Assembly: GCA_963776275.1 (NCBI GenBank)
Contig: CAVZMI010000035.1
Location: 1 to 30,394 of the forward strand
Reading direction: 5' to 3'
Length of the DNA: 30,394 bases
Source of the DNA: Ignavibacteriota bacterium
GTDB taxonomy: Bacteria > Bacteroidota > Ignavibacteria > UBA10030 > CAVZMI01
Both the position numbers and the translations under genes were made by a program. This document shows positions 27,364 through 30,394 of this stretch, one piece after another (position 1 is the stretch's first letter; each line of letters starts with the position of its first letter). The notes under the pieces are model-generated. The model was not told the origin of the DNA. It saw only the letters and a program-made list of their open reading frames with translations, and did not search any database.

Positions 27364-28070
27364 TTATTTCTTCTCTCTAGCCTGGTTTTTGGCATTTGTG
27401 TGTGATTTTATTGTATCTATTTTTTTCCAATTTTCATCCGTCATGCGTACATTTACTGTATCTGAGAAGGCATTCGGATTTTTAATAATTACATTGCGTT
27501 CAGTTGTGTAAATAATATACTGAAAAACTATTGAGCTGAGAGCGATGAAGACCGAAGCTCCAATCGAAATATAGGCAATTCTGCGGGTGAGTGAAAGATT
27601 CTTTTTCCTATCCGTATCCTCTTTTTGATGAAAGAATTCTTCATCTGTCATAAATCCGCGATTTACAAAATCTATTAACGGTGGTAAGTCGACAATTTCT
27701 TTATGAATGTAGGGAAAATAAGACGCATCAATTGAATGAATGGTTCATCATTTGATCGTAAGAAAAACATTATTCGGTGAGGTCATTGATCGAAGGTAAT
27801 ACTCTTCACCATCTTTATGTTTTCAAGAAATTCCCACATGGCAATAAATTCTTTGAATTGATATGAAGCCGCTTCATCGTCCATTACCTTATTAACAATA
27901 GTCCCCTCCGCCGCTCTGTAATCGACGGCTATAGAAAAGGATTTTTTTAATTTTATCCCACCCCAAATCTTTACAGGTATTTTTATATTGTTTACGAAGG
28001 AATAAATATCAAAGATATTTCCCGAAACAATTTCTTTGACAATAGTTTTTTGAAATTCGGAGAGGACCAT
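27364..28070 (-). pseudogene. Hypothetical protein with one C-terminal TM helix, broken by a TGA and a frameshift
   Basis: ORF 28070-27783 reads on past TGA (PHRIMFFLRSNDEPFIQLMR). The frame of ORF 27651-27364 extends upstream as YFPYIHKEIVDLPPLIDFVNRGF-MTDEEF; the two frames overlap near 27720-27745. Confidence 0.55.
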
Positions 28071-28089
28071 ATAGTCAGAAATCCTTTTC

Positions 28090-28521
28090 TTAGATTGACA
28101 TTCTATTCATTGGAGGAATTTCCAAATGTTCAGTAAAGTACGCTTTGAGGAACTCTTTTTCCAGGCTTTTAGGATCATTCACTTCTGCAAAAAGAATCTT
28201 TATTGCCAGACATTGTGAAAATATGAATTCATACCTTTGCCAATTTCCACCTTCACTCTCTTTTTTTGCATAGTAAAGATTTCTTTTTGCAAGTCCCTGA
28301 ATTGTTTGTCCGATGTAAAGGATGTTGCTTTCACCTTTGAGTCTTTTAATGGGTTTGTCTATATACGATACATAAATAACACTTTGAACAATCTTTGCCT
28401 CATTTTTGGAAAAAAACAATCGATACTGCTTCTCAAAATCTTCTGCAGATGTTGCAATAAGTTCACCACCGAGTTTAATGGGATTCAGCTTGAACTTCTC
28501 GAATAGATTTTGAGCATCCAT
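28090..28521 (-). CDS. GIY-YIG-superfamily-like nuclease domain protein
   Basis: 'VIY...ILYIGQT..GL..R' plus helix 'LEKEFL' and terminal 'PPMNR' match the GIY-YIG pattern (Y, YIG, R, E, N). Confidence 0.6.
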   Translation of the reverse strand: MDAQNLFEKFKLNPIKLGGELIATSAEDFEKQYRLFFSKNEAKIVQSVIYVSYIDKPIKRLKGESNILYIGQTIQGLAKRNLYYAKKESEGGNWQRYEFIFSQCLAIKILFAEVNDPKSLEKEFLKAYFTEHLEIPPMNRMSI

Positions 28522-28606
28522 AACAGTCTCACTTTTAGGGCCCTGAAAAAGAAAATCTATAATCGGGCTCGTTGATGAGCTTCCAATCTCAGCCTATCGG
28601 AGGTTC

Positions 28607-29728
28607 CTACTCTTTCTTGTCTTCCGCCTTCAGGTCACGCAACAACCGGTCGAAGGCGTTCTTGTAGCCAGCGTGATTCTGCCAGTTTGTAAAGTCTCCG
28701 ATGTTACGAGTCCGCCTTATGTCTGCTGCCCATGCAACATCGGTGTTAAATATTGCTTCATCTAGGCGTACTGGGAATAGAACGGTCTTATTCTCCTTAC
28801 GTTCTTTCTCAAACGCCGTTTCAACTTCTTTTTCTACCCATGTACTCTTTACTGAGGATTCAGACAAGACTAGGAGTAATTTATCATAACGAATGATTGC
28901 TTCATCTATCCCTGGTCTAATCTTCTGGCCAATTTTCAAGTCTTCGGGTGCGAACCAGCAACGCACACACTCAGTTTGCAGGTCAGCATACAATCGTCTT
29001 GCGAAATCCTCGTCCTTGGTCGAATAACTAATGAAACACGAATAGTAATCAAACGCCTTTCCTGTGAGCGAATTCATATACTCAATGAAGTTTTCTGGTA
29101 CACCGGCTTCCCTTAGGAACTTGTGTGGGATTTTACCTTTGGACATATAGATAGTATCAATCCCAATGCTCGATGGACCCTCGTGTATAACTTCATCAAG
29201 ACCAACGACTTCACTAAGATCAACTTCAGATAGAGTAAAATACTGTAGGTGTACATTTTGAAAATTCGAACCACGGAGTTCACTTCTCGTTAAGTTCGAA
29301 TATTCGATACTTGCACCGGTGAAGTCTGCTCTGATGAGGTTTGCCTCACGAATGTCTGCAGCGTAAAGGGATGCATTATTGAGTTTTGCTTCCGAAAAGT
29401 TTGTACCTCTGAGGCTCGTTATGGCAAATTTTGCATTACAAAGGAATGCATGTGAAAAATCCACAAACCCAAGGCGCGCCTGTAAAAAATTAACTCCTCT
29501 GAGGTTCGCATAACTGAGGTTCGCATTTTCAAGGTTTGCATAACTGAGGTCCGCATCTTCAAGTTCCGCTAAATGTAGGTTCGCATTTCTGAAGTCCACA
29601 TTTTCGAGTTTCCTACCATTGAGGTTTTCATTACTAAGATCGGGTGTACCCCTTAGTTGGTTATTTCTCCAGGTGTTCCATATCTTAATACCCTTATTTA
29701 AAATCTTTAAATGTTCGGGATTTGCCAT
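28607..29728 (-). CDS. Pentapeptide-repeat + TIR domain protein
   Basis: Long A(N/D)LxX repeat tract; TIR box1 'CFISYS', 'LLLVLSESSVKSTWVEKEV' with the putative catalytic Glu, 'LFPVRLD'. Confidence 0.92.
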   Translation of the reverse strand: MANPEHLKILNKGIKIWNTWRNNQLRGTPDLSNENLNGRKLENVDFRNANLHLAELEDADLSYANLENANLSYANLRGVNFLQARLGFVDFSHAFLCNAKFAITSLRGTNFSEAKLNNASLYAADIREANLIRADFTGASIEYSNLTRSELRGSNFQNVHLQYFTLSEVDLSEVVGLDEVIHEGPSSIGIDTIYMSKGKIPHKFLREAGVPENFIEYMNSLTGKAFDYYSCFISYSTKDEDFARRLYADLQTECVRCWFAPEDLKIGQKIRPGIDEAIIRYDKLLLVLSESSVKSTWVEKEVETAFEKERKENKTVLFPVRLDEAIFNTDVAWAADIRRTRNIGDFTNWQNHAGYKNAFDRLLRDLKAEDKKE

Positions 29729-29857
29729 TTTTGGTACGCCTATAATTTTTATAATACATGAAACCCGTAGGCGGTGTCTCCGGTTATTGGGAAACAGTCG
29801 ACCTGACCTTCCTCACGCGCTCGCTTAGTGAAGATGCTCGGCAATTCCGTCGGAGGA

Positions 29858-30303
29858 TTGACCTCTACGTCCCCTTTTGATTTCGGGCTCAACTATGTTA
29901 GAGCAGGCCGCACTTACGCCTTCGGAGGGAATCCCCCACCCGGATGGGCGATTTCTCAGAGGCCTTTAGATTCGACAGGATGCGAAGCGGAAACCCTGCG
30001 GTTTACCTCTTGAAGGAGCAGTTCGAGAAGTTCGCCGGTTCTCCCCAAAAACTCGACGTCTGCGAATCAATCGCCCACTGTTTCTACCAGCTTGAGCAGT
30101 ATGAGGATGCCGCCAACTGGTACGAGGCGGCAGGGCGGCTCATCATGTCGGAGTCAAGCACGCCCCCCAAGTCCAAAGCCTTGGCGGCTCTGGGCGAGTA
30201 CGAGAAGGCGTTGGAGTGCCACCGTTACGACGATGACGATGGGAAGTCCACCGAATGTTCGACCCTCATTAGGGAACTCAAACGGGCGTCTGCTTCGGCC
30301 TAA
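29858..30303 (+). CDS. TPR-like helical protein, probably frameshifted near 29940
   Basis: ORF 29944-30303 has a TPR-like 'IAHCFYQLEQYEDAANWYEAA'. An upstream frame from TTG 29858 (TSTSPFDFGLNYVRAGRTYAFGGNPPPG) joins it if one base is added; the start is uncertain. Confidence 0.5.
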
Positions 30304-30312
30304 GCCGGCAGG

Positions 30313-30393
30313 CTAGCGCTTCGATTCTTCTACCTTCGTCTTCTGCCGGTTCATCATCTTGGTATGGCATTCCTCGCAGACAGGTTCTTCCCG
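30313..30393 (-). CDS. 3' end of a small CxxC protein (partial, runs off window)
   Basis: Hand translation ...REEPVCEECHTKMMNRQKTKVEESKR*; codon style matches the GC-rich neighbour. Confidence 0.45.
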   Translation of the reverse strand, partial: REEPVCEECHTKMMNRQKTKVEESKR

Positions 30394-30394
30394 T

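Noticed and set aside
1087-27785. TGA recoding (Sec/Trp/Gly) to explain in-frame TGAs at 1087, 13475-13482 and 27783
   Set aside because: TGA is a normal stop for orfA, the zinc-ribbon gene and SpoIIE. The residue expected at 1087 is Arg, the nitrilase lesion needs a frame change, and no SECIS-like context was seen.
26254-29728. Integron cassette array
   Set aside because: Genes are co-oriented, but the short spacers show no RYYYAAC...GTTRRRY attC structures and there is no integrase.

Overview
Bacterial window, most consistent with an Ignavibacteriota/Chlorobiota-like (FCB) genome. This is an inference from the 'NYPNPFNP'-type T9SS C-terminal domain, a TonB-dependent receptor, Shine-Dalgarno use and TTGACA-N17-TAnnnT promoters. 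It opens inside the left inverted repeat of a nonsense-inactivated IS3-family element (1-1395). A core-like block follows: ACT protein, AmmeMemoRadiSam radical SAM enzyme, polA, polysaccharide deacetylase, secreted PepF, hybrid REC-HK, an FmdB-type zinc-ribbon gene missed by the ORF track, a signal-peptide-bearing MEMO/AmrB protein, a frameshifted nitrilase, a PDZ-TM-GAF-SpoIIE phosphatase and a YprB-like nuclease. Next is a probably autoregulated membrane protein/wHTH/TPR/TBDR operon with a repeated operator and a downstream paralog. An AT-rich accessory stretch carries a frameshifted T9SS beta-propeller protein and a minus-strand cluster (pentapeptide-TIR, GIY-YIG-like, broken TM gene, YgjP fragment, orphan) that resembles a decaying defence island. 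Composition switches abruptly to GC-rich DNA at about 29760. The most striking non-genic signal is a set of very small (about 16-65 bp) palindromic elements inserted inside the hairpins of other REP-like elements, Russian-doll fashion. One of them is a ~32-bp element inserted into the loop of a copy of itself (6572-6636). All calls are from reading the sequence; no searches were run.
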